A stretch of 64,000 nucleotides of DNA from Nitrosarchaeum sp. (lineage in GTDB: Archaea; Thermoproteota; Nitrososphaeria; Nitrososphaerales; Nitrosopumilaceae). Shown piece by piece: positions 49,956 through 59,584 of the stretch; position 1 is the first letter of the stretch, and every line of letters starts with the position of its first letter. The notes under the pieces were generated by a model that had not been told where the DNA came from, did not search any database, and saw only the letters and a list, made by a program, of their open reading frames with translations. The DNA is taken from positions 1,376,001-1,440,000 of the forward strand of contig OZ245020.1 in assembly GCA_965223865.1 (NCBI GenBank), read 5' to 3'. A program made the position numbers and the translations under genes.

Positions 49956-50115
49956 AGTAGTCCTAAAAGGAGTTTTCTAGTCATTAGTACAAATCTCGAA
50001 TAAATTGAATTTAAAGTGATCTTTACACATGAAATTATGAATAACAATAATCGAATAGATAAGTAAACAAGAGAGATAATAGCATCAAGGAAATGGAAAA
50101 TTTTAGATATCAAAA

Positions 50116-50151
50116 TATAATATTTCTAAATTCGAATTTAGAAATATTATA
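50116..50151. repeat. Perfect 36-bp palindrome
   Basis: tataatatttctaaattcgaatttagaaatattata. Confidence 0.9.
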
Positions 50152-50159
50152 AAATTCTA

Positions 50160-50567
50160 TCATTCATTCATCTTTAATTCAGGAAGAATAAAGACATGTT
50201 CAGGTTTAATTTTGAGAATAATTCTCTTTTCATCTTGTCTTTTGAAAGGATAATGATCACGGTTCATGTACTGCTTTGTTAGTTTATCAGCATGTTTGTA
50301 TTCATAGTCAGGAGTAATTTCTTCTACTTTACCTCTAATTGTTGTCATATCTAATGGATTCTCCTTAGAAACTACAGATACTGCAACACGAGGATCACGA
50401 AGAACATTTTTGTGTTTTATTCGTCCTTCTGCAGTGTTTATCAAAATGTGTTCATCTTCATAATTTGCCCACACGGGAGATAGTTGTGGGGAGCCATCCT
50501 TCATCACAGTTGCAATAAAAACCAAGTTTTTGGCGCCAAAAAGTTCAATTGCCTTTTGCTCCATCAT
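50160..50567 (-). CDS. PPOX-class F420-dependent oxidoreductase
   Basis: IATVMKDGSPQLSPVW and KNVLRDPRVAVSV motifs. Confidence 0.9.
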   Translation of the reverse strand: MMEQKAIELFGAKNLVFIATVMKDGSPQLSPVWANYEDEHILINTAEGRIKHKNVLRDPRVAVSVVSKENPLDMTTIRGKVEEITPDYEYKHADKLTKQYMNRDHYPFKRQDEKRIILKIKPEHVFILPELKMNE

Positions 50568-50589
50568 ATTTTTCTATAATTTAGATAAT

Positions 50590-50913
50590 TTAAATTTCAT
50601 TTCTCCAAATAGTGTCAAGACTTTCTATTTTTTCAAGAATGTCAATTGCTGTCTGATTGTCTCGATTTTGCATAGCAACTGAGAATTCATAGCCAAGTCT
50701 TATTGCCTCAGGGCTCAGATCCTTTATCTTTGTCAAGTCTTTGCCCTCACGACGTATCCGCTCGCCTATAGCACAGGTCTTCCAGTTGTATGAAAGGTCC
50801 TGATGTTTCTGCTCTAGCCTTTGCTGGACAATCTCCCTCCATTGGGGCAACTCCATTTTTTTTAGTAATTGTTCGGTTTTTTGAGTATAGAATACCCTAA
50901 CCACACCGTACAA
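50590..50913 (-). CDS. Hypothetical protein
   Basis: WKTCAIGE motif; true start may be the internal MELP. Confidence 0.6.
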   Translation of the reverse strand: MYGVVRVFYTQKTEQLLKKMELPQWREIVQQRLEQKHQDLSYNWKTCAIGERIRREGKDLTKIKDLSPEAIRLGYEFSVAMQNRDNQTAIDILEKIESLDTIWRNEI

Positions 50914-50949
50914 TCACTCTATGTGATATTTTAGCATTGCATCAAACTG

Positions 50950-51501
50950 TCAGGTGCGCAATTTTTTTGCCCGCAAACCGCTATTTTTGCCAGAATTTTT
51001 CGCTTTTGGTTTCTCCAGTAGTCTAGTCATGGCTCTGTTGACTATCTCCATTAGGATATACTGCGAGTATGACGGATCCAATCTTTGCTTTGATTTCAGA
51101 GTTGCCTTTGGGGCAAGGGTATCTAGAACGTCTTCGAGTTTTTTTGAGGTGTTTTTTATTACAGAAGAATATTTTGTATCAAAATCTTCTGGGACATTAT
51201 ATCCAAGTAACTTAGTTGAGGTACTGTAGTATTTTGTGATGGCTCCTCGTGTCTCTTCAATTTTAGCAATCTCAATTAGACCTGCCTCTTTTAGTATGTC
51301 CAAGTGGTGCCTAACAGTGGTCAATGCTTTTACGTGTCCAGATTTTTTCAGATGATGACAAATTTGTGCAGCAGTTAACAATTTTTTGTACAGCAACTGA
51401 ACTATCTTTATTCGCGCAGGATCATCCATAGCACGAGCTTGTTCAATATTTGTCGTAACGGTACGACTTACTATTACAGGCTTTTCTAACAGTGTTGACA
51501 T
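50950..51501 (-). CDS. ArsR-like winged-helix transcription regulator
   Basis: AMDDPARIKIV...TTVRHHLDILKEAGLI...KYY. Confidence 0.88.
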   Translation of the reverse strand: MSTLLEKPVIVSRTVTTNIEQARAMDDPARIKIVQLLYKKLLTAAQICHHLKKSGHVKALTTVRHHLDILKEAGLIEIAKIEETRGAITKYYSTSTKLLGYNVPEDFDTKYSSVIKNTSKKLEDVLDTLAPKATLKSKQRLDPSYSQYILMEIVNRAMTRLLEKPKAKNSGKNSGLRAKKLRT

Positions 51502-51890
51502 GCCAATTGATTATTCTGATACAAGCTAAAAGTTGACAGTATCATGTTTTTTGGCCAAATAGATCAATTTTTTTTAATGTCGATAATTTTGATATTACTT
51601 GTTTTAAACTACTATCATAATTATTGTAGAGGTTCCTATGTTTTTTGTATCATTATCAACAAACTAGTATTGATATCATCAACATCATTATAATATCAAA
51701 AAACCAAGTGGGAGCTTATTTTAGTAATAGCATTATCATGTCAATTAGAATTTGGAACAAAACGCCAAATTCTGAGAGGTTTTGTTAGAATATGAGTAAT
51801 AAAGGGACGGATTACACAGACATCAAAAATAAAATTCGAGTTGAAACTCTAGATTATGCTTGATTTTGTGGTAGGGTAATCAAGATAGAG

Positions 51891-52715
51891 TTAGAGCATC
51901 CTGCCAGTTGTTTTTTCATATGCTGTAACGTAACGCATTGTCATCTTTTCAATTATTTCTTGAGGGATTAGAGGCGGGATTGGTTCTTTTCCCTCATTAC
52001 GAGAATCATCAAATTGTTTTTGGTAGCCATTTTCAGTTAACCAATCACGCAGAATTTGTTTGTCATAAGATTCCTGAGTCTTGCCAACTTTATAGGACTC
52101 TTTTGGCCAAAGGCGATATTCATCAGGTCCAATAGAGTCACCCAAAGTAATTTTGCCATCTAAAAGTCCAAACTCAAGTTTCAAATCAGCTAGAATAAAT
52201 CCTGCTTTGTCTGCAATCTCAGACATTTTGTTATAGATTTGAATCGAGGTCTTTTCTAACCACAAGTATTGTTCTTCAGTTACAAGGTTCATCGCAATTG
52301 CTTTTTGTTTGTTAATTGGAATGTCATGTTCAGATTTTGTTGTAGGATCAAAGACGGGGTTTGGGAGTTTTGCAGCTAGAGTTGCATCTGTTCCATCAGG
52401 AATTTTTATTTCTCCTTTTTTCCATCTATTTGCAAAGCTGCCATAAAAGTAACCTCTAACCACACATTCAATTGGAAGCATCTTCATCTTTTTTACTATA
52501 ATTTCAGTATCAGACTTTGTTTTTACAAAGTGGTTTGGAACATCAAGTCTTTCAAACCAAAACTCTGCAAATTTGCATAATACTTTGCCTTTGTTTGGTA
52601 TGTCTTCTTTGAATTTTACATCATAAGCAGAAACGCGATTAGAGAACTTGAAGAGAAAAGTACCATCTTCAAGATCATAGATGTCTTTTACCTTGCCTGA
52701 ACCTACAAACTTCAA
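51891..52715 (-). CDS. purC: SAICAR synthetase
   Basis: GKVKDIY, RVSAYD, ECVVRGY and ADLKLEFG motifs. Confidence 0.96.
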   Translation of the reverse strand: MKFVGSGKVKDIYDLEDGTFLFKFSNRVSAYDVKFKEDIPNKGKVLCKFAEFWFERLDVPNHFVKTKSDTEIIVKKMKMLPIECVVRGYFYGSFANRWKKGEIKIPDGTDATLAAKLPNPVFDPTTKSEHDIPINKQKAIAMNLVTEEQYLWLEKTSIQIYNKMSEIADKAGFILADLKLEFGLLDGKITLGDSIGPDEYRLWPKESYKVGKTQESYDKQILRDWLTENGYQKQFDDSRNEGKEPIPPLIPQEIIEKMTMRYVTAYEKTTGRML

Positions 52716-52810
52716 TGAAGTTTTGTTTTCTTGTTATAATTTAATCATTTTTTATTAAAATAAATAATCAATTTAGGGCTGCAAAAAAGAAACTAAACGA
52801 GTTATCAAAC

Positions 52811-52930
52811 TTGGATGGAGAAGATCTAGAAAAGTATGAAAGATTATTGAACTTGTTAATGGATTTTAATAGCGAAATTAGATTTGTAATGATTTGAGAT
52901 AAAAATGAAGACTTTATGGAACAAAACATC
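52811..52930 (+). pseudogene. Remnant of a DUF6659-type gene
   Basis: KYERLLNLLMDFNSEIRFVMI*D matches RYEKLLNMLMDFNSSIRL of 62754..63044; in-frame TGA at 52895. Confidence 0.6.
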
Positions 52931-53116
52931 CAATCCATGAACAGCACAAATTCATTTTTTATAATCCTGGACAGAATTATGAAAATCTGAGATTATGAGT
53001 ATGTGTATAATATTGAAATTTGTTTATTTTTTCCCAAAATAGTAAACAAATACACATTATATGAAAATCATACTTTAATTTCTAGTACATAATAGGGAAT
53101 AAATGGAAGGGAAATA

Positions 53117-53749
53117 TTGATTGAGGAAAATTTAGATAATTCAGAATACAACATGTCTTCATCGGACTATTTAGTTGCATTTTCGGGTCAAACGCAGAAT
53201 TATTGTGTAGGAATGGTTGATATGGCAAATTCAACTAAAATGGCAGCAACTTTAGGTACTGCAAAAATTTCATCATATTACCAAATCTTTCTAAATTCAA
53301 TGTCAAAGATTTTGGGTAGATTTGGTGGTTTTGTGATAAAAAATATTGGAGATTGTTTGTTATATTATTTTCCTGAATCTTCAAAAGCAAATCGAAAATT
53401 TGGATTTATGAGTTGTCTTGAATGTAGTTTAGCAATGATTGAAAATCATGATAATATCTGTAGCGCACTAAACCGAAGTGATCTTCCTTGTGTCGATTAT
53501 CGTATTAGCGTAGATTATGGTTCTGTGGTTTTAATGAGAGCAAACAATTCACAATCTCTGGATATGCTTGGCCCACCAGTGAACATGTGTTCTAAGATAA
53601 ATCATGCAGCTACAACAAATGGAATAGCAATTGGAGGAGATTTGTATACTATGGTTAAAAATTTTAATGATTACAAATTCAAAAAAATTGAAGAGTTTTC
53701 ACTTGGATTCAAGCATTCGTATCCCGTATACAGTATTGAGAGAAAATAA
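53117..53749 (+). CDS. Stand-alone class III adenylate/guanylate cyclase domain protein
   Basis: MVDMANST, KNIGDCL and DMLGPPVNMCSKI motifs. Confidence 0.88.
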   Translation: MIEENLDNSEYNMSSSDYLVAFSGQTQNYCVGMVDMANSTKMAATLGTAKISSYYQIFLNSMSKILGRFGGFVIKNIGDCLLYYFPESSKANRKFGFMSCLECSLAMIENHDNICSALNRSDLPCVDYRISVDYGSVVLMRANNSQSLDMLGPPVNMCSKINHAATTNGIAIGGDLYTMVKNFNDYKFKKIEEFSLGFKHSYPVYSIERK

Positions 53750-53907
53750 TGCCAGATGAACCAGTAAAAAAAGGAAAGGAGATTGAAGAACATTTGAATA
53801 GTGTAAATATGGATCCTTGGTTTTATATTTATGAAAATTATGTCAAAAAAGAATCAAAAGAAGAATTAAACAAAATAAAACAAGATTCTAGTAATCAAAT
53901 TTCATAA
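53749..53907 (+). CDS. Small hypothetical protein (52 aa) coupled to the cyclase
   Basis: TAATG overlap; MPDEPVKKGKEIEEHLNSVNMDPWFYIYENYV... Confidence 0.5.
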   Translation: MPDEPVKKGKEIEEHLNSVNMDPWFYIYENYVKKESKEELNKIKQDSSNQIS

Positions 53908-54133
53908 CTCTATACAAATTCATAAAATATTGAGATTTGTTTCAAAATTTTTCTGCCATATGAAATGGTCTTTGTTGTAACTTAGTTTCCTTGCATTTAC
54001 AGGCACATCCTCAAGAATATTCCTGAATCATATAGATTAATGAAGTTCTATTTTGATTTATCTCATGCAAGAACCAAAATGGATTAAGTTAATTGAATAA
54101 ATTTCAATAAAAATTAAATTTCACGTTATTAAA

Positions 54134-54769
54134 CTAAACAGGAGTCTTTGAATACAAAGAAGATACAACTGATTTAGCTATTTTTCTTCTAAAGGAAATC
54201 TTGTAAAATATTAAAACACCGAAAAGCTCCAAATACTCTACAAAACCGACAGTGTAAAAATGCAAGAGCCATCCATCAAGCATTTGATCAATTGATGCAA
54301 TAGCTGCACTCATCTGTGGAAATGCTGTAAGAAAGGCCATAGGAATCATCAAAAAGCCAGAAAACCAATCAGAGGCATTCATATCCTTTGTAGATTCTAA
54401 GACTTGTTCGGTTGATTGTAAAGGAGTATTTTGAATATTTTGAATTTTTAAATCAGAATAAACTGTATTGCCTTGGTCTATTGCAAATATCATGCCACCT
54501 AATATCAAAAGAAGAAATACAGATTCTCCAAAAACTATCAGCCCACGTTTGCCTTTTTGGAATTTGTACATTTGTCTCTCCAACATGGGGCCAAAAAAGC
54601 CTAGCTTTTTCTTCTTTGCAAGTATGATTACTAGAATAGAGATTGCAGATATAACGCCTAGAGATCCCCACCAATTATCTGAAACATATTCAACAAAAAG
54701 AAGTCTTGCAGGTAATAGCAATCCAGCCATTACAGAAAATACAATTAAGGACTCAAAAATGCCTCTCAA
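54134..54769 (-). CDS. Multi-TM membrane protein; probable true start ATG 54797 is out of frame
   Basis: About 5 TM helices; WLLHFYTVGFVEYLE. Confidence 0.7.
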   Translation of the reverse strand: MRGIFESLIVFSVMAGLLLPARLLFVEYVSDNWWGSLGVISAISILVIILAKKKKLGFFGPMLERQMYKFQKGKRGLIVFGESVFLLLILGGMIFAIDQGNTVYSDLKIQNIQNTPLQSTEQVLESTKDMNASDWFSGFLMIPMAFLTAFPQMSAAIASIDQMLDGWLLHFYTVGFVEYLELFGVLIFYKISFRRKIAKSVVSSLYSKTPV

Positions 54770-54844
54770 AGGTATTTTCCTCGAAGAATTGTTTCATAAT
54801 TGGTAGGTGTGAGCAATGCATATAACTATGGACACTAGATTTAA

Positions 54845-54854
54845 CTAGTGCTAA
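54845..54854 (-). promoter_or_regulatory. TTAGCACTAG box 1
   Basis: 19 nt before TTATAT and 48 nt before ATG 54797. Confidence 0.75.
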
Positions 54855-54971
54855 CTTTTTAGATTATGAAAATAAATTTTTCTTATATTGATGAATTTTT
54901 ATGGATTTTTTTAGAAAAAAGCATCAACAATAATGTGGTTCTTTGAGTTCAAAAGCACCTAATTAGGATGA

Positions 54972-56360
54972 CTATTCCTTGTTTGATATTTTTTTGAAAA
55001 TTTCTTTACTGTATGATGATTCAGATTTATGTTCAATCATAGGTTTGGGATAATCTATATTTTCTGGATATTTTGTATCCAATGAATGAATTACTTGAGA
55101 GGGTAAATTTTCAAGTTCAGCAATCCATTTCTTTATGTAGATACAATCAGAATCAAATTTTTGTTGTTGGAGCCAAGGATTGAATATACGAAACCAGGGT
55201 TGGGCATCACATCCGGTAGATGCTGCCCATTGCCAATTTCCAATATTTACACTAGGATCATAATCCACTAGCTTTGAGGCAAAATACCAATCACCCCATC
55301 TCCAATCAACATGCAGATCTTTAGTAAGAAATGAGGCAACTATCATTCGTACCCTATTATGCATAAAACCAGTGGCATTTAGCTCCCTCATTCCAGCATC
55401 CACTATGGGAAATCCAGTTTTGCCCTCACACCATTTTGTAAATGCTTTTTTGTTTTTACTCCAAGGAATTTTCTGATATTTTTTATTAAATTCTTTTGAA
55501 ATACTATATGGATAATGGTGCATTATGTAAGTGAAAAAATCTCTCCAATGAATCTCAGTTATCAGAGTATGTGTTGGTCCTAACTCTTGTAAAATTTTAT
55601 GATAAACTTCTCGTATAGAGCATGTTCCAAATCTATTATGGGCAGACAGCATAGATGTACCATTTATTGCTGGAAAATTTCTATCATTTTTGTAATTTTT
55701 TAGATTTTTTAGATTATTCATTAATCGTAGAGACGATTTTCTTCCTCCTCTAAAAGATAGTTTATCATTGTTTTTTCCAAGATACGTCTCTAATTTATCA
55801 ATGGTAATCTCTGATTTTATTTTTTGATTTGAAAGATTAGAAAATTGAAAATTTTGTGGTTTTCTTACAGGTAATTCCTTAGCTTTTGAGAAGAATTGTG
55901 TAAAAATTTTGTAGGGTTGTCCTTTTAATGTCTTGATCTCCTCTACATCATGAAGAAGTAAATCATTTGTTGTAATAAAATCAACTTTGCATTTCTTACA
56001 AACTTTCTTTATATTTTCGTCTCTTTTCTTGCTAAAAGGGGTATAATCAGCATTTACAAAAACTGCATCAAGTTTCAACAAGTTAATTAAATTTTCAATA
56101 ATTTTTTCAGGTAATCCAGAAAAAACATGCAAATACGATTTCCTGGTTTGCAATTGTTTGTTAAGGTCCATTAGACATTCATGAAGAAATTGAAGTCGAA
56201 ACTTGCTAAATTTTGGATTAGATTTTTGTGATAATTTTGGATCAAGAATAAAACAAGGAATGGTTTGAATAGAAGATTTGTTTGCCTCAATCAATCCCGT
56301 ATTATCAATCAGTCTGAGGTCACGTCTAAAAAGGAATAATGATTTTTGATATTTCTTCAT
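54972..56360 (-). CDS. phrB: Deoxyribodipyrimidine (CPD) photolyase
   Basis: FRRDLRLIDN, GKTGFPIVDAGMR, GFMHNRVRMIVASFLTKDL, NWQWAAS and RIFNP motifs. Confidence 0.96.
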   Translation of the reverse strand: MKKYQKSLFLFRRDLRLIDNTGLIEANKSSIQTIPCFILDPKLSQKSNPKFSKFRLQFLHECLMDLNKQLQTRKSYLHVFSGLPEKIIENLINLLKLDAVFVNADYTPFSKKRDENIKKVCKKCKVDFITTNDLLLHDVEEIKTLKGQPYKIFTQFFSKAKELPVRKPQNFQFSNLSNQKIKSEITIDKLETYLGKNNDKLSFRGGRKSSLRLMNNLKNLKNYKNDRNFPAINGTSMLSAHNRFGTCSIREVYHKILQELGPTHTLITEIHWRDFFTYIMHHYPYSISKEFNKKYQKIPWSKNKKAFTKWCEGKTGFPIVDAGMRELNATGFMHNRVRMIVASFLTKDLHVDWRWGDWYFASKLVDYDPSVNIGNWQWAASTGCDAQPWFRIFNPWLQQQKFDSDCIYIKKWIAELENLPSQVIHSLDTKYPENIDYPKPMIEHKSESSYSKEIFKKISNKE

Positions 56361-56368
56361 TGTTTTAA

Positions 56369-56803
56369 TTATAAAATAAGAATAGGACAGTGTGCATTTC
56401 TAAACACATTCTCAATGGTGCTATGATAATGCATTTTTTCATATGTAGAAGAAAGTTTTGTCTTTGTCATTATTATTAGATCTACGTTGTGCTTTTTAGC
56501 AAAATCAAGTATTAGCATAGATGCTAATCCATTTTTTACAGTTTTAGAACTAAAAGAAAGGTCATGCTTTTTGGCAAGTTTTTCTAATTCTAAATGCTGT
56601 TTTTCAACTAATTTGCGTTCTTTCTCAAACTCTTTTTTGCTTGTTTTTGTTTTGAAAAACCCAAACGTTGGTCGTTCTTCCAAACAGGTAAGAACAGTAA
56701 TCTGGGAATTGGTTGATTGTGATAAAACAAGGGCTTTTTTGAATGCCTTTTGGCTTCCTGATGTTCCATTATAAGGTACCAGTATATGTTCGAAAGTTTT
56801 CAT
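56369..56803 (-). CDS. Universal stress protein, likely co-transcribed with the photolyase
   Basis: HILVPYNG, VDLIIM and CPILIL motifs; 8-nt gap to phrB. Confidence 0.9.
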   Translation of the reverse strand: MKTFEHILVPYNGTSGSQKAFKKALVLSQSTNSQITVLTCLEERPTFGFFKTKTSKKEFEKERKLVEKQHLELEKLAKKHDLSFSSKTVKNGLASMLILDFAKKHNVDLIIMTKTKLSSTYEKMHYHSTIENVFRNAHCPILIL

Positions 56804-56955
56804 TGTCTCTTTTCTTTAAGCGCTAGTAAAATAGGATTTGATCTGTCATTTATTCCAATTTTATAATGGTATATAGATATTCACCATAATAGAACTGTTT
56901 AGAGATTTATCTAGAATAACAAATTATTTTACCACTGTAATATTTTTTTCAGAGA

Positions 56956-57231
56956 TTAGACAGTATCTTTATTCTGTTTGTCTCTTATGATTTTTGCAAG
57001 TGTTGATGCAATATTTTTTGCAACATGTTCAGTTGCAACACTGATTTTTTCATCATCTAACTCTTCTTCAATTCTTCCCATTACTGGCTTTAGAATTTTA
57101 TCAATAAAATCGGAACCATAAATTCTGACATATCTATCATAGACTTGGAATGAAGATTTGATGTCTCCCTGTGTTAACTTTTCATATAATTTATCCATGA
57201 ACTGTTTTTCTTTGATTGTGTTTGACACCAT
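56956..57231 (-). CDS. Stand-alone B12-binding_2 (CarH/MetH cap) four-helix domain protein
   Basis: ILKPVMGRI...ISVATEHVA matches the CarH-like P.L..VG..W..G.I.VA.EH pattern; no Rossmann domain or HTH. Confidence 0.75.
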   Translation of the reverse strand: MVSNTIKEKQFMDKLYEKLTQGDIKSSFQVYDRYVRIYGSDFIDKILKPVMGRIEEELDDEKISVATEHVAKNIASTLAKIIRDKQNKDTV

Positions 57232-57449
57232 TTTAACAAAATTTGCTTGATGTTGTTAAAGATGATCTTAACAGGAATAATTTTCCTTTAAGAATAATGA
57301 ATTATTCCTTTTTTATGACACAATTTTAAAATTAACATACTAGTTCTCATAATTTTCCTGAATTTGGATTCAATGAATAATTGTATATGAAGTAATGAAA
57401 AATTGAAAAAGTCAAAAATTCTTATTATACTGTAATTGGATGGTACTAT

Positions 57450-57884
57450 TTGTTGACAGAAAAACGAATAATGGTAGGTTTGGATGGCTCTAAAGATTCT
57501 ATTCGTGGGCTAAGAACTGCAATTTTGTTTGCAAGACAATCAGACGCCATGATTGTTGGTGTTTATGTTGATACTTCACAAGGGGCAATAAGAGCAATGT
57601 CTGCTCCAAAAATAAAAGAAGAAAAATGGTCAAAGGAAACAAGGAAAGTAATAGAATCTGCCAAAGAAAAAGCCAATATCAGGGGCGTGAAATTTGAAGG
57701 GATAGTTATTGCAGGATATAAGCCTGGAAATGATTTAGCAAATTTTGCAAACAATCGAAAAAATAAGATCGAACAAATGGTTATAGGTTCAAGGGGTTCT
57801 GGATTTCCAAAAGAAAGGTTTTTGGGAAGTACGGCTAACTTTATTTTGCATAAAGCAAAAGTACCAGTTACCGTAGTAAAATAA
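57450..57884 (+). CDS. Universal stress protein
   Basis: IMVGLDGS, VIGSRG and FLGSTANFILHKAKVPVTVVK motifs. Confidence 0.93.
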   Translation: MLTEKRIMVGLDGSKDSIRGLRTAILFARQSDAMIVGVYVDTSQGAIRAMSAPKIKEEKWSKETRKVIESAKEKANIRGVKFEGIVIAGYKPGNDLANFANNRKNKIEQMVIGSRGSGFPKERFLGSTANFILHKAKVPVTVVK

Positions 57885-57951
57885 AATCAAAGCAAGAAAG
57901 TTTAACGAATCAAGATAAATAATACATACTCAAAAATATTAATCAAATTTT

Positions 57952-57961
57952 CTAGTGCTAA
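57952..57961 (-). promoter_or_regulatory. TTAGCACTAG box 2 (target unclear)
   Basis: Exact intergenic copy between the USP and micro-ORF 58020. Confidence 0.55.
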
Positions 57962-58019
57962 GAATAAGAAATGCAAATGATCCTTTTAACCAAAGAATTC
58001 CAAGTTAATTTGAAAAAAT

Positions 58020-58148
58020 ATGAAAATTAGAATTTCAAATAGATGCTCCACTTGTAAAAAAGAATTTCAAAACATGAAAAATCAGTATTGTTCTATAGTA
58101 TATGAAACGCTAGATATATCTTGTAAGATTTTTAAATATACAAAGTAA
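58020..58148 (+). CDS. Possibly degenerate zinc-finger microprotein (42 aa)
   Basis: MKIRISNRCSTCKKEFQNMKNQYCSIVYETLDISCKIFKYTK*. Confidence 0.4.
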   Translation: MKIRISNRCSTCKKEFQNMKNQYCSIVYETLDISCKIFKYTK

Positions 58149-58221
58149 TAAAAATTTGCATACAATTCAATTTTGCTTTGTTAGTTGATTCAAATAATAT
58201 TAGATAGAATTGATTTTTGTT

Positions 58222-58575
58222 TCAAGATTGAAACAAAAATTCTTTGATATTTGTTTTTGTAATTTGATAATCAGGATTGGCTTGTTGAATAAGTTTTGCA
58301 ACTAGACCCAATGCCTTTTTTACACCATCAGTTTTCTCCGGATCCGTACCAGGATACAATCTTACCGTAGTTTTATCTTTTCTTGTAGAAAGTTCAATTA
58401 AAAATTGTTGATGCAGTTTGTCAATTACTACTGTTGGAATTAGAGCTGTTCTTTTTTCAGTATCTAGAAATACATTGAGCAATTTTATCAGATAGGGTTC
58501 TTTTAGCATAGTTTCCTCAAAGTCCCGCGAAAAAACTTCAAGATCAATTTTTTTATCAAATACTACATGTGGCAT
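58222..58575 (-). CDS. Hypothetical protein
   Basis: MPHVVF...TVRLYPGTDPEKTDGVK; GGAGG SD upstream of ATG 58575. Confidence 0.75.
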   Translation of the reverse strand: MPHVVFDKKIDLEVFSRDFEETMLKEPYLIKLLNVFLDTEKRTALIPTVVIDKLHQQFLIELSTRKDKTTVRLYPGTDPEKTDGVKKALGLVAKLIQQANPDYQITKTNIKEFLFQS

Positions 58576-58588
58576 GCTTATTCCTCCA

Positions 58589-58768
58589 TTAAACACTGAA
58601 TAGTTGTCTCTTGAAATCTTGCACAAAAATTGCCAATTTACAACTTTTGCAGGCTAACAAATCTTCATTTTTTGACTTTATTTTCGTAGTTACCAAGACT
58701 AATTCAGGCCTTCTACAGTTAGGGCAATCTGCCACCAAATCTCTTCTGTTTGAGTATTCTAAGTTCAT
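58589..58768 (-). CDS. Zinc-ribbon microprotein (59 aa)
   Basis: MNLEYSNRRDLVADCPNCRRPELVLVTTKIKSKNEDLLACKSCKLAIFVQDFKRQLFSV*. Confidence 0.75.
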   Translation of the reverse strand: MNLEYSNRRDLVADCPNCRRPELVLVTTKIKSKNEDLLACKSCKLAIFVQDFKRQLFSV

Positions 58769-58815
58769 AATTAGTATAGCTCAAAATATTATTTAACTAG
58801 GGCCAATATTATTTT

Positions 58816-58825
58816 CTAGTGCTAA
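58816..58825 (-). promoter_or_regulatory. TTAGCACTAG box 3
   Basis: 19 nt before TTAAATAA and 48 nt before ATG 58768; degenerate second copy TTGGCCCTAG abuts the TATA box. Confidence 0.78.
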
Positions 58826-58885
58826 TTTACTATCAAAAAGATGAATTAAATTTAAAAAAAAATAAAATAGTTTGGCAATTAGTTT

Positions 58886-59470
58886 TCAGTAACTGCCGCT
58901 TTTTGAAGCCCACTCATTCTTTGAAAGGTCAATGCTGGTTCTCAAGGTTTCATTGATTGTTTGTACTGCCTTTCCTATCACCATGGGACTGATTGAGAAA
59001 AATCCCCTGAATCGAGCATCCCCAATATCTTCTGCAACTAGACCAAACGGACCGTATTGCCCTTTGGTTATTACCATCCACATATCTGAGATGTTTGTTC
59101 CAACGCAACTTATTACCTCAGCTGTTTCGGGGAGATTTTGAGCCAAGAAAGGATTGTTAAAATTCCCAACAATCCAAGTTTTCGGTAGATGTTTTAGAAT
59201 TTCGATGTAGCGATCCTCTACATATTTGTAGAGAGACTCAGTCTCAAATGTTGCAAGCAAGGGAGCATTATTTTTCATGGCATATTTTTCCAGCATAATA
59301 CTTAGACGGTAAAGCGACTTCCTTCCTGTTTTGAAATTAACATATCCTGCGTTTATGAAGTCATCTAATGACCAATTCATCAAATCAGAATCATCAGTAG
59401 GATCTCTTTTTGCCAGTGCAGGAAATTTGCTCCAGACTTCATCTATGAAACTTGTGTACTTTAATTCCAT
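58886..59470 (-). CDS. Stand-alone DICT sensory domain protein
   Basis: RKSLYRLSIMLEKYA...LLATFE...RY...W.V....PFGLVAE...FRGFFS.SP pattern typical of DICT domains. Confidence 0.75.
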   Translation of the reverse strand: MELKYTSFIDEVWSKFPALAKRDPTDDSDLMNWSLDDFINAGYVNFKTGRKSLYRLSIMLEKYAMKNNAPLLATFETESLYKYVEDRYIEILKHLPKTWIVGNFNNPFLAQNLPETAEVISCVGTNISDMWMVITKGQYGPFGLVAEDIGDARFRGFFSISPMVIGKAVQTINETLRTSIDLSKNEWASKSGSY

Positions 59471-59518
59471 GACTTAATACCGTTTTTATTATATATATTA
59501 TAGTGATAAATCTCTAAA

Positions 59519-59528
59519 CTAGTGCTAA
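59519..59528 (-). promoter_or_regulatory. TTAGCACTAG box 4
   Basis: 19 nt before AATATATA and 49 nt before ATG 59470; degenerate second copy TTATCACTAT abuts the TATA box. Confidence 0.78.
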
Positions 59529-59584
59529 ACAGTTAAACTGTGAGAATAAGGATACTATTTTACCAATAACAATCCAATTAGATC

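Noticed and set aside
47683-53000. Integrated provirus or plasmid at tRNA-Asn
   Set aside because: No integrase, no duplicated tRNA 3' end seen, and housekeeping purC lies within the region.
56897-59519. 15-bp inverted repeat (gtttagagatttatc at 56897 and its complement at 59505) bracketing 2.6 kb
   Set aside because: AT-rich, no transposase or target duplication seen; may be chance or a degraded promoter copy.
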